Positions 1 through 10,251 are shown, counted from the first letter of the stretch. The stretch: DNA of 37,744 bases from Octopus bimaculoides (GCF_001194135.2 NC_068986.1:105763486-105801229), one strand, 5' to 3'. Numbers and translations: made by a program. The notes: generated by a model not told the origin, from the sequence alone.

Positions 1-29
1 TATATATACATATACATATACACGCACAT

Positions 30-69
<40 letters not shown>

Positions 70-71
<2 letters not shown>

Positions 72-250
72 GCCATCGCTTGACAACCAATGGTCGTGTG
101 TTAGCTACCTCGTTGCATAGCGGTTCGGCCAAAGAGACCGATAGAATAAGTACTAGGCTTACAAAGAGTAAGTCCTAGAGTCGATTTGTTCGACTAAAGG
201 CGGTGCTCCAGCATGGCCGTAGACAAATGACTGAAATAAGTTAAAGAATA
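70..250 (+). mobile_element. SINE family B, 3' half
   Basis: ccatcgcttgacaacc...gatagaataagtactaggcttacaaag...ggcggtgctccagcatggccg...gactgaaataagttaaag matches the 3' half of the copy at 8844-9319 and, inverted, 18248-18364. Confidence 0.9.
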
Positions 251-354
251 TGTATATGTATGTGTGTGTGTGTGTATATATATATTATATATATATATAC
301 ACACAAATATATATATATACATGTATGTATACATATATATATATATATATATAT

Positions 355-480
355 ACGTCGGCCTTCTTTCAGTTTCCCCTCCCCACAAGGCTTTGGTCGG
401 CCCAAGGTGCCATGCATTGGAACTGAGCCTGGAATCATGTGGCTTGAAAGCAAACTTCTTACCACACAGCCAATATATAA
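355..480 (-). mobile_element. SINE family B, 5' half (tRNA-like head) with internal deletion
   Basis: Matches 9346-9454, 10289-10441 and 17558-17720; lacks gaggctatagtagaagacacttgccc. Confidence 0.85.
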
Positions 481-635
481 ACATGTTATTTTTCTTTTCA
501 TCAGCAGAAGCTATAAATGCGAGTCAAACGCCGAGAGTTCGATATGTCGTGCACTTTGAGTCACAAATCCAACCGATTAGAAATGATAATGGAATTAATT
601 GTGTGTGTGTGCGTGTATACATAAATAAAAGATCA

Positions 636-1031
636 AGTCTCCCTTTGGTCATGAATGACCATGGAATTGTACTCGAAGTTCCCCTCCAAGGAACAAGTCT
701 GGGAAAGGTTATTTATGGAAAAACTAGCAGACCCTCATCCATATCAGTCTCTCTTCTCAACGCTACTGATGTTATCCAAGTTTATGGAAGACCAACAGTC
801 GTCCATACATACCAGCCTTCCAGCTCCACCACCCCGATGTTACTCATGGAAGAACCAAACGCTGATATAGTTTAGCACTAGTGACGTCGCTGCTCATTTT
901 TACAGCTGAGTGAAGCGGAGCAAGGTGAAATAAAGGGCCATGCTCAAGAACACAACACAGCCCGGTTCAAGAATCGAACACTACTTCATGACTGAGCCTG
1001 ATGCTCTAACCACTGAGCCATGTGCTCTCAC
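636..1031 (-). mobile_element. tRNA-derived SINE family D with CORE-like centre
   Basis: Minus strand: A-box tggctcagtgg, B-box gtgttcgattct, then ttgagcatggccctttatttcaccttgctccgcttcactcagctgtaaaaatgag, similar to the central blocks at 19795-19860 and 20455-20515. The 3' tail is distinct. Confidence 0.8.
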
Positions 1032-1213
1032 TATTATATATGTAGGTGAGTGAGTGAGTGAGTGAGTCGAACAGGTTTTTCGACCAGGAATTGAAACCTC
1101 AGTCTGAATGTTTCTGCAGGCTTCTTTTCATGGTCATCTCTATTTGAACTCGAAATTTATGCGAGTCATTTATTAGATCCCTCATCTTATATCAAACTCC
1201 GTTCAACCCAGAT

Positions 1214-2100
1214 AATAAAAAAAGAACGTTGTGATCGTTGCCTTAAAAGCGCAGCATACTGAAACAGAGATAGCTCGCTTCCTGAAAGTTGCCTGATGCT
1301 TCGTTGTCAAAGCTCGAAAGGATCTGAAAGCTGCTGACAGGGATCCAACTTTAGCAGCAAAACGCATGCACAAGGTCTTAATACCATCATAACACGTAAC
1401 TGCAAAAAGTTTATAAAATAACAGATAAGAAAAAACCCGGAAAGACAACGATTATAGCGTTCCTTTTAATTAGATGAGAAAAGATGACCTGTGACATTTT
1501 TTATCTGAAAAGTAAGGTCAAAAAAGAAAGCCAGTGTGTCAGAAATACCCCAGCAGAAGAGTTGGGTATGAGGATATCCACAAGTGGAATATGAAGCAAA
1601 GGGGTCAGTTTAGGTCAAATGTGATAGGATCCATACAAAGCGCTTATTAAACAGGTTAAGACACCAAGAGGCTAGAACGCTTTGAATTTTTTCCAACGAG
1701 AAAAACTTTAACCAGAACCACAAGGTAAAGCGAAGGAACGCCAGATGGTTATTCAGAGATCCGAATGAGGCTCCGACGGTCATGCATATTAAGTTCCCAG
1801 CAACTGTGATTGTTCTGGGAGTCGTCTGCAACGAGGAAGATGTCATGTCTCCTCACTTTTTTTCACAAGGCTTAAGAGTCAATGCCGCTTTCTACACAGG
1901 TGTTTGAGAAAGTTATGAAGCTCTGGTTAGACAAAGCACGCAATGGAAGAACGAACATCTTCAAACAAGCCTCTGCGCCGTCTCATAAGCGTAGATGCTT
2001 GCCAATCTCCATAATCATGTTCTCTCAGACAAATGGCTTCCTAGCTCAACAACCTCAAATCCACTGGACTGTTACGTATAGGGCGAAGTCGAGAGAGAAA
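1214..2100 (+). pseudogene. Decayed Tc1/mariner-superfamily transposase, maT/DD37D-like
   Basis: Manual translation across stops and frameshifts: KKNVVIVALKAQHTETEIARFLKVA* (HTH), IFSNEKNFNQNHKVKRRNARWL...MHIKFPATVIVLGVVCNEEDVMSPHFFSQGLRVNA, VMKLWLDKARNGRTNIFKQASAPSHK, WLPSSTTSNPLDCYV*G. These correspond to the FSDEK / QDSAPSH / WPPSSPDLNPLDY motifs. Confidence 0.85.
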
Positions 2101-3669
2101 TTTACCGAGTGCTTTGAGCAATGCACGTTATTTCACGTTGCTCCAATCTTGCCGGCTGAAAGCAAATACCAGCCGAGTTTTGGTAAATCTTACTCGCTCT
2201 CATGTTGGCAAAGTTGGGTACAAAGTTGGGGCGTGAAGAAAGAATGGCCGAGACGGTGTCTATGTGAGCTCGCGTCTACCTAGATGACTGGTACATACAA
2301 CCTAGTCATACACTCTTACAAATGACAGCTCTAATATCATTTCGTGCAAAGAGAAGCGAGATAAGACTCAGAACTTGTCAAACTGGTGAGATCGATGTGG
2401 TTCACGTTTTGTGTGATGTTTGTGTATGTTTTGCCTAATTTGGATAGTTCTTAGAAAATCCCCACTTATAGAAAAGTAACAATCAATGACAACAATTTGG
2501 TTTCGAAAAAAAAAATCTACATTTCTCTCTTTGATGTCAGCGACCTGACAGCTTTGTGTCGGCATTTACCCAACTCAAACACCGTTTTAACTAACCAAAA
2601 CTTAAATCACTTCTAAGATTAGTGAGTTGATACTCATGGTGGGTTTTTCAAAATTGCATATAGACCTTCAGTATGATGAATGCGTCTGTTAAGCGAGATA
2701 TTTATTAATGGTAACGAAAAGCAATATCGCATTTCATCTAATGTGTTCAAATCGGCATAAAACAATTCGTTAATATATTCATTCAAAAAAAAAAAAAAAA
2801 AATGATCGCCATCATTAGTAATAGCATTTTTGCATCTCAAAACCCAGTTTTCTGATTTCAGGGCGGAAAAAATTACGTTTTTTAAGAAGAGGAAAATGTT
2901 TGGAGTGCAGTTTCAATATCGTCTCTACTGGTTTTGCACTGTTAAATTATTAGAGTGGCTTGAATTAATGAAAAATCTGCTACTATAAGGTCAGGTAAGT
3001 AGAGATGCTGAAGTAGAGTTTCTTAACCTAATGAAACTATCTTTCCTCAGATTACCTTCGTTAAATGTTGCCTTTATTCTCTCTGGGTAGGGGACAGTTC
3101 ATGAGGTACTCAATTCTGTTCTCTATTTTCTAAATCTACTTTACCTTACACAGTAAACCAAAAGTTATTAAGCCTCCTGTTTAAGTCATCGGTACATTGA
3201 TGCGAGTCCTCTTGTGGTATGACGTCAGACCATATGCTTGAAAATACGATTCTACTTCTCGGTACCCTGGACAGAGAAGACGTAGAGGTTTATATTTTGT
3301 GATTATGTGGTGGACTTCCGGTTTGATTTTATTGTTTCTGCTGTTGTTAGGGTTGTAAAAGTGTGATTAGTATTAATAGAAAATATTCGTATATTGAGAC
3401 AAGTGTAATAGTTAAAATTATTATGATCGGCAGAAATTCGGAATAGCTAGCACTACCTTATGGAATTGAAAAAGAGATTGGAATTTGGTAGCAGTTTCTT
3501 TCTACAATGGATTTTTTTTTTCAATATATTTCTACCTCCCAACCTTGTGCGCGTTTTTGGTAAATATTTGCTACTACACCCGATCGTGAGACAAATGTAG
3601 TAAGAGTTTATGGAGTTTGTAATGTTATAGAATGGAAGGAAGGAAGGCAGGAAGCTCACTTTCATAATC

Positions 3670-3894
3670 TTGTATTTGAGTCATTTGAATGCGGCTATGC
3701 TGGAACAGCGTCTTGAACAAATTTTAGTCGATCGAATTCACAGCAGTGTTAAAATTTTTTTTTTTTTTTTTTTTTTGTAAGCCTGATACTTATTCTATCG
3801 GGCACTTTAGCGGAACCGCTAAGTTACGGGGACGGAAACACACCAACACTAGTTGTCAGGTAGTGGTGGGTGACAAACGCAGACACAAAGACAC
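3670..3894 (-). mobile_element. SINE family B, 3' half
   Basis: gtcatttgaatgcggctatgctgg...tacttattctatcgg...gaaccgctaagttacggggac...gacaaac matches the other B copies; it runs into a CA/GT repeat and a gap. Confidence 0.85.
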
Positions 3895-4601
3895 CCGCAC
3901 ACTCACGAACGTGTGTGAGTGTGTGTGAGAGTGTGCGTGTGAGTATACACACACGCACACTCACGAACGTGTGTGAGAGTGTGCGTGTGCGTATACACAC
4001 ACACACACACAACCGGCTTTTTTNNNNNNNNNNNNNNNNNNNNNNNNNNNNNNNNNNNNNNNNNNNNNNNNNNNNNNNNNNNNNNNNNNNNNNNNNNNNN
4101 NNNNNNNNNNNNNNNNNNNNNNNNNNNNNNNNNNNNNNNNNNNNNNNNNNNNNNNNNNNNNNNNNNNNNNNNNNNNNNNNNNNNNNNNNNNNNNNNNNNN
4201 NNNNNNNNNNNNNNNNNNNNNNNNNNNNNNNNNNNNNNNNNNNNNNNNNNNNNNNNNNNNNNNNNNNNNNNNNNNNNNNNNNNNNNNNNNNNNNNNNNNN
4301 NNNNNNNNNNNNNNNNNNNNNNNNNNNNNNNNNNNNNNNNNNNNNNNNNNNNNNNNNNNNNNNNNNNNNNNNNNNNNNNNNNNNNNNNNNNNNNNNNNNN
4401 NNNNNNNNNNNNNNNNNNNNNNNNNNNNNNNNNNNNNNNNNNNNNNNNNNNNNNNNNNNNNNNNNNNNNNNNNNNNNNNNNNNNNNNNNNNNNNNNNNNN
4501 NNNNNNNNNNNNNNNNNNNNNNNNNNNNNNNNNNNNNNNNNNNNNNNNNNNNNNNNNNNNNNNNNNNNNNNNNNNNNNNNNNNNNNNNNNNNNNNNNNNN
4601 N

Positions 4602-4641
<40 letters not shown>

Positions 4642-4725
4642 GCGGGTTCAAAAAAGAAAAACAACAACGTGAGGACGTGGTACAGGTATTGTGTTACTGG
4701 ACGCTCGGGAAACGAAAGAAAGAGA

Positions 4726-4760
4726 ATTTGACGTTTCGAGCGGAGCTCTTCGTCGGAAAC
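4726..4760 (-). ncRNA. Minimal type-I hammerhead-like motif with variant core CCGACGA, probably from a Penelope-like pseudo-LTR
   Basis: Minus strand GTTT CCGACGA A GAGC-TCC-GCTC GAAA C GTC AAAT: stem II has 4 bp, ACGT is palindromic at stem III, the triplet is GUC and stem I is short. Confidence 0.55.
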
Positions 4761-4927
4761 ATAGGAAAGCCCAAAGAAGGGAAGACGGAGGAAGAAAAAA
4801 TCGCCAACGATATACACGGGGTTACATTGTGGAATGACCGGAAAGGAAAGGGTGGATAAAAAGTTCTTTCTAAGACAGGAGAGTGCAAGAGAGGGAGGTA
4901 AGTATGTGTGCGTGTGTGTGTGTGTAT

Positions 4928-5291
4928 GTGTAGGCGCAATGGCCCAGTGGTTAGGACAGCGGACTCGCAGTTTCGATTCCCAGACCGGGCGTTGTGAGTT
5001 TATTGAACGAAAACACCTAAAGCTTCACGAGGTTCCGGCAGAGGGTGGTGACAAACCCTGATGTACTCTTTCACCACAACTTTGTCCCACTCTTTCTTCC
5101 TGTTTCTGCTGTACCCGTATTTCAAAAGAGCCAGCCTTGTCACACTATGTGTCGCGCTGAATCTCCGAGAACTACGTTAAAGGTACACGTGTCTGTGGAG
5201 TGCTCAGCCACTTGCACGTTAATTTCACGCGCAGGCTGTTCCGTTGATCAGATCAACTGGAACCCTCGTCGTCGTAACCGACGGAATGTCA
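4928..5291 (+). mobile_element. tRNA-derived SINE family A, near full length
   Basis: A-box tggcccagtgg, B-box gtttcgattcc; co-linear with 7218-7605; ends at ccctcgtcgtcgtaaccgacgga. Confidence 0.92.
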
Positions 5292-6858
5292 TAAGATATA
5301 TATATAGAAATACCCAGGCCAATTCCCCATTTTTTAAGGCAGGGATAACCACAAGACACACACACACACACGGCATTCCATTCATTTCCCAGCTGAAAGT
5401 GGCGAGCCCCGTTCTATGCTCGGGTCAAAGCATAGAACGCATGTCCCTTCCACTCAAATTATTAAAATGACTCATGCACTGAGNNNNNNNNNNNNNNNNN
5501 NNNNNNNNNNNNNNNNNNNNNNNNNNNNNNNNNNNNNNNNNNNNNNNNNNNNNNNNNNNNNNNNNNNNNNNNNNNNNNNNNNNNNNNNNNNNNNNNNNNN
5601 NNNNNNNNNNNNNNNNNNNNNNNNNNNNNNNNNNNNNNNNNNNNNNNNNNNNNNNNNNNNNNNNNNNNNNNNNNNNNNNNNNNNNNNNNNNNNNNNNNNN
5701 NNNNNNNNNNNNNNNNNNNNNNNNNNNNNNNNNNNNNNNNNNNNNNNNNNNNNNNNNNNNNNNNNNNNNNNNNNNNNNNNNNNNNNNNNNNNNNNNNNNN
5801 NNNNNNNNNNNNNNNNNNNNNNNNNNNNNNNNNNNNNNNNNNNNNNNNNNNNNNNNNNNNNNNNNNNNNNNNNNNNNNNNNNNNNNNNNNNNNNNNNNNN
5901 NNNNNNNNNNNNNNNNNNNNNNNNNNNNNNNNNNNNNNNNNNNNNNNNNNNNNNNNNNNNNNNNNNNNNNNNNNNNNNNNNNNNNNNNNNNNNNNNNNNN
6001 NNNNNNNNNNNNNNNNNNNNNNNNNNNNNNNNNNNNNNNNNNNNNNNNNNNNNNNNNNNNNNNNNNNNNNNNNNNNNNNNNNNNNNNNNNNNNNNNNNNN
6101 NNNNNNNNNNNNNNNNNNNNNNNNNNNNNNNNNNNNNNNNNNNNNNNNNNNNNNNNNNNNNNNNNNNNNNNNNNNNNNNNNNNNNNNNNNNNNNNNNNNN
6201 NNNNNNNNNNNNNNNNNNNNNNNNNNNNNNNNNNNNNNNNNNNNNNNNNNNNNNNNNNNNNNNNNNNNNNNNNNNNNNNNNNNNNNNNNNNNNNNNNNNN
6301 NNNNNNNNNNNNNNNNNNNNNNNNNNNNNNNNNNNNNNNNNNNNNNNNNNNNNNNNNNNNNNNNNNNNNNNNNNNNNNNNNNNNNNNNNNNTTTTTTTTT
6401 TTTTTTTGTAGAAATGTTCAGAAAGTTTGTTGCGCATTTTCTTTTCAATAAATTCGTCTAACTCAAAACTTGTTTAGCTGTGTGTATTAATACATTGAAA
6501 AATCACTTACTTTAGAGAAAAGGATCCAGCTTAATTTGACTAACGAGTAACTGAGTGGAAAAATATCTCCAGATTCAGTAATGAATCTTGTCTTGTCGGA
6601 GAAGTTAAAAAACGTGCTACCTGTTGCAATTCACTGCTTACTTTAGTATAACTTTTGTTAATCTCATTATGAAAACAGTGGACTGGTTCATAACTTGTTT
6701 GTTCCAGTCAAATGTATTCAAACTAGCCACCGTAATTAATATAAAAGCAGTGTTACTATTAGCAGCGAACTACTCATTGATACCTCATTCTTTCTTTAAA
6801 TTTTAATTATATATCACATTTTCCGGAATATGATCTAATATATTTTCTACTTTTTCAG

Positions 6859-6875
6859 TTTCTTCCGGTCACGTG
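6859..6875 (+). other. Candidate 17-nt microexon
   Basis: Branch-like ctaat at about 6835, polypyrimidine tattttctactttttcAG, then TTTCTTCCGGTCACGTG, then donor GTAAGA. No transcript evidence. Confidence 0.35.
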
Positions 6876-7217
6876 GTAAGATTGTTTCCTGAAATAGTTG
6901 TTAAGATCACAAATTGGTGAGTGGAGAAGTATAAGTTTTCATCTTCTACTGCAATTCCATTCACATTCGGGATGAATGTATTTAAGGAAAATTCTAACAG
7001 TTGAAGGCTAAAGTTCATTTAATAGATCCAAGTTCTTGACTGGAATATATATTTTTATAGAATCCAAAAAAAATAATAAGCAGAATCGGACACGGTGTGA
7101 TTAGATCTCAGAATGCAAAAACTAAAAAAAAAATCAACAATCGCTCTACCCACTCCAGATTCAATCAGGTTTAAGTTTCGTGTTCTACCATTTATATTTA
7201 TTCTTTTTTTTTTATAT

Positions 7218-7605
7218 GTGGAGGCGCAATGGCCCAGTGATTAGGGCGGCAGACTCGCGGTCAAAGGATCGCGGTTTCGATTCCCAGACCGGGCGTTGTG
7301 TGTGTTAATTGAGCGAAAACACCTAAAGCTCCACGAGGCTCCGGCAGGGGATGGTGGCGAACCCTGCTGTACTTTTCCACCACAACTTTCTCTCACTCTT
7401 ACTTCCTGTTACTGTTGTGCCTGTAATTCAAAGAGTCAGCCTTGTCACACTGTGTCACGCTGAATATCCCCGAGAACTACGTTAAGGGTACACGTGTCTG
7501 AGGAGTGCTCAGCCACTTGCACGTTAATTTTACGAGCAGGCTGTTCCGTTGATCAGATCAACTGGAACCCTTGACTTCGTAAGCGAAGGAGTGCCAACAA
7601 CAACA
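7218..7605 (+). mobile_element. tRNA-derived SINE family A, full length (about 390 bp)
   Basis: A-box tggcccagtga (7230-7240), B-box ggtttcgattccc (7273-7285), (CAA)n tail; homologous to 4928-5291 and 26152-26240. Confidence 0.93.
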
Positions 7606-7897
7606 TGAGGCCATACTGGAGTACCTGTTTTTTTTTAACCATTGCTGCAATTCTTGTACGTCTTCTCCCTTCTTTATTTCCGTTGAGTGTTGTAATTATA
7701 AAAGGTGCATCTTCGGACAGTCCTAACAGCATATCTGTTCTTTTCTTTCTCTGATGAGAAGCTTTTTCTACCTCGCTCAACCATTCCCTAATTCTGAAGA
7801 AAGCGACACTGTGAGTTGTCTCCCCGACAGTCATTTTCACGGCTCAACGTAAAAGATACTGAATGAGAGAGAGAGAGGGTGGGGTGAATAGTATATA

Positions 7898-8106
7898 CAG
7901 GGTGTCCACAAAGTCTGAGTACATGGGGATTAACACATACTTTAAGAAATTATTATTTGTTATATTTAATTGTTCATGTTATGATTTTATTTACTCCATG
8001 TACCTACATGACAATTGATACATACTTTAAGAAATTATTTCTTATATTTAATTGTTTATGTTATGATTTTATTTACTCCGTGTACCTAGTTTTTGTGGAC
8101 ACCCTG
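7898..8106. mobile_element. Tc1/mariner-type MITE
   Basis: TIRs cagggtgtccacaaa / tttgtggacaccctg, extending imperfectly to about 30 bp; TA on both sides (7896-7897, 8107-8108). Confidence 0.85.
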
Positions 8107-8124
8107 TAGTAATCAACTCCTGTT

Positions 8125-8225
8125 CTATTTATTGACTCCCAGAAGGATAACAAATAAAGCTGGTCTCGGTGGGACCTGATCTCAGAACGCAGAAAGCCAA
8201 AACAAACATCACAGCGTTTTCTAAC
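8125..8225 (-). mobile_element. Degenerate SINE family C fragment
   Basis: ttattgactcccagaaggataa...aaagctggtctcggtgggacctgatctcagaac resembles ttatcgaccccgaaaggatgaaaggcaaagtcgacctcggcggaatttgaactcagaac (22775-22830). Confidence 0.55.
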
Positions 8226-8454
8226 CAAAACGTCAACAACTGCATCAAATCTTCACCTTAAAGTTGAATGTTGGACAATAGAATGAAATATATTCCTAAA
8301 TACTTCCACGAATGCATATATGCGTATATATGTGTGTATATATACATTGCATGTATCAACTTGTATTACGGTTTAAGAATCCTCTATGGTATCTAATTAA
8401 TCAGCTAACAGTGTTCTGCCATATATTACTTCAATGTAAATATACAGCATACCT

Positions 8455-8580
8455 GCGAGGTTAAGACGCTTGCTTGCAAATACGTGATATCGGGTAAGTG
8501 ATTTTTACAATAGCCCCTGACCAACTAATTCATTTGCGTGAATTAGGGGAACGGAAACTGTATGGAAGCTCACAGAGTAT
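8455..8580 (+). mobile_element. Degenerate family-B-like 5' fragment
   Basis: ggttaagacgcttgcttgc...caatagcccc...acggaaactg resembles the B head and body. Confidence 0.45.
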
Positions 8581-8662
8581 AAAGATAACAGCTATTAATA
8601 ATTTCTTGTTTTGGAGATTCGGGTCCAGGTAGGTTTTTATAACACGTTTTCTGTCCCAGGGC

Positions 8663-8843
8663 GTCATTTGACTGGGGCCATGCTGGAGCACCGCCTTTAG
8701 TCGACGAACAAATCTACTCCAGGACTTATTCTTTGTAAGCCAAGTACTTATTCCATCGGTCCCTTTTCCCGAATCGCTAGCTTACAGGAACGTAAACACA
8801 CCAACATCGGTCGTCAAGCGATGGTGGAGTGACAAACACAAAC
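8663..8843 (-). mobile_element. SINE family B, 3' half (host copy)
   Basis: gtcatttgactggggccatgctggagcaccgcctttagtcg...gtcaagcgatggtgg..gacaaacac. Confidence 0.9.
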
Positions 8844-8999
8844 ACGCAAGCATATGGTAAATAGCTTGCTTACAAACCACATGGTTCTGATTTCAATCTC
8901 ACTGCATGACACCATTAGCTCATGTCTTCTATTATAGTCTCAAGCCAACCAAAGCTTTCTGAGTGGATTTGATAGACGGAAACTGAAAGAAGCCCGTCG

Positions 9000-9043
<44 letters not shown>

Positions 9044-9319
9044 NNNNNNNNNNNNNNNNNNNNNNNNNNNNNNNNNNNNNNNNNNNNNNNNNATATATCT
9101 GTGTGTGTGTATGTGTGTTTGTGTGTCTGTGTTTGTCCCCCACCATCGCTTCATGACCGCTGTTGGTGTGTTTACGACCCCGTAACTTAGCGGTTCAGCA
9201 AAAAGAGACCACAAGAATAAGTACTAGTCTTACAAAGAATAAGTCCTGGGGTCGATTTTTTCGACAAAAGGCGGTGCTCCACCATGGCCGCAGTCAAATG
9301 ATTGAAACAAATAAAAGAA
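8844..9319 (+). mobile_element. SINE family B, full length, internal microsatellite gapped
   Basis: Head tggtaaatagcttgcttacaaaccacatggtt..., body to gaagcccgtcg, (TA)n/(TG)n, 3' half ending gattgaaacaaataaaag. Confidence 0.9.
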
Positions 9320-9345
9320 CACACACACACACATATATACATCTT

Positions 9346-9454
9346 CGACGGGCTTCTTTTAGTTTCCATCTACCAAATCCACTCACAAGGCTTTGGTCGA
9401 CCCGGGGCTATAGTAGAAGACACTTGCCCAAAGTGCCACGCAGTGGAACTGAAC
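9346..9454 (-). mobile_element. SINE family B, 5' part (host copy), head truncated
   Basis: cgacgggcttct...ggctatagtagaagacacttgcccaaagtgccacgcagtggaactgaac, then the sequence switches to an inverted-repeat element. Confidence 0.88.
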
Positions 9455-9465
9455 GCACGTTTTTA

Positions 9466-10008
9466 TGTAGGCAAATAGAATAAAATAACGATTCCACACG
9501 ACTCAGATTAACTACACACGCGTTTCGAGATTAAAGCATTTAGCTAACTCCTGATTATAATAATGTTTATAATTATAGAATATTTATATAATTTTACCTA
9601 AAAAGGTTATTTTAACGTACCGAACTACTTGGTAAAATTATTAATTATTAATTAATTAAATGATTAATTAATTCATTAATTTTACCCTTCTATTATTATT
9701 AAAATATAATTTGTTCCTTGATCGAAAACTGCAGATTCTGCGGGATTACTCGAAAGACACACGTGGATATTGAGGATAAATAGATGTTCACATTCAGCTG
9801 TATATTTTTGGAAGTGTTGGTTGAATATCGGTTACGCGATGACGTTTGATCGCGTACATATTTAATCCTAACACTCTCAAATTTATATCTCAAAATATTG
9901 CATTGAAAATGGGAAATAAGTAAGTAAATATAACTTTACTTTAATCTCGAAACGCGTATGTAGCTAATCTGAGTCGTGTGGATTCGTTAGGTTTTCTTTT
10001 TGCCTACG
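9466..10008. mobile_element. Inverted-repeat-bounded non-autonomous element (about 71-bp arms, TA flanks)
   Basis: 9466-9536 (tgtaggcaaa...ccacacgactcagattaactacacacgcgtttcgagattaaag) is the near-reverse complement of 9939-10008; TA at 9464-9465 and 10009-10010. Confidence 0.75.
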
Positions 10009-10251
10009 TAAAAAAGTGTTTTACTGTCTGGGAGATCTTTATGTTAGCAGAAAAGGCATTTTAACTCCTATTTCTAAATTCTGTGCGTGGCGAAGCAATT
10101 AGCTGACCCCTGATTACAATTATGTTTATAATTATAGAATATTTGTATAATCTTACCTAAAAAGGTTATTTTAACGTGCTGAACTACTTGGTAAAATTAT
10201 AAATTATTAATTAAGTAATTGATTAATTAATTTTACCCTTTTATTACGTAT

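Noticed and set aside
194-875. 203-aa and neighbouring ORFs
   Set aside because: Built from (TA)n/(TG)n and antisense SINE B and D sequence.
5410-5439. Perfect 11-bp hairpin cgttctatgct/agcatagaacg as a Helitron 3' end or terminator
   Set aside because: No CTRR terminus at the expected distance, context is lost in the adjacent gap, and a bacterial-type terminator is irrelevant here.
3824-6448. Long ORFs of 250-370 aa here and at 10488-11611, 27624-28596, 30097-31170 and 34673-35407
   Set aside because: They consist mostly of N-runs with no stops plus microsatellite translation; not evidence of coding.
7218-7290. tRNA gene (also at 4928, 19718, 20368, 26152)
   Set aside because: A and B boxes are present, but each continues into a repeated SINE body with no clean cloverleaf or Pol III terminator.
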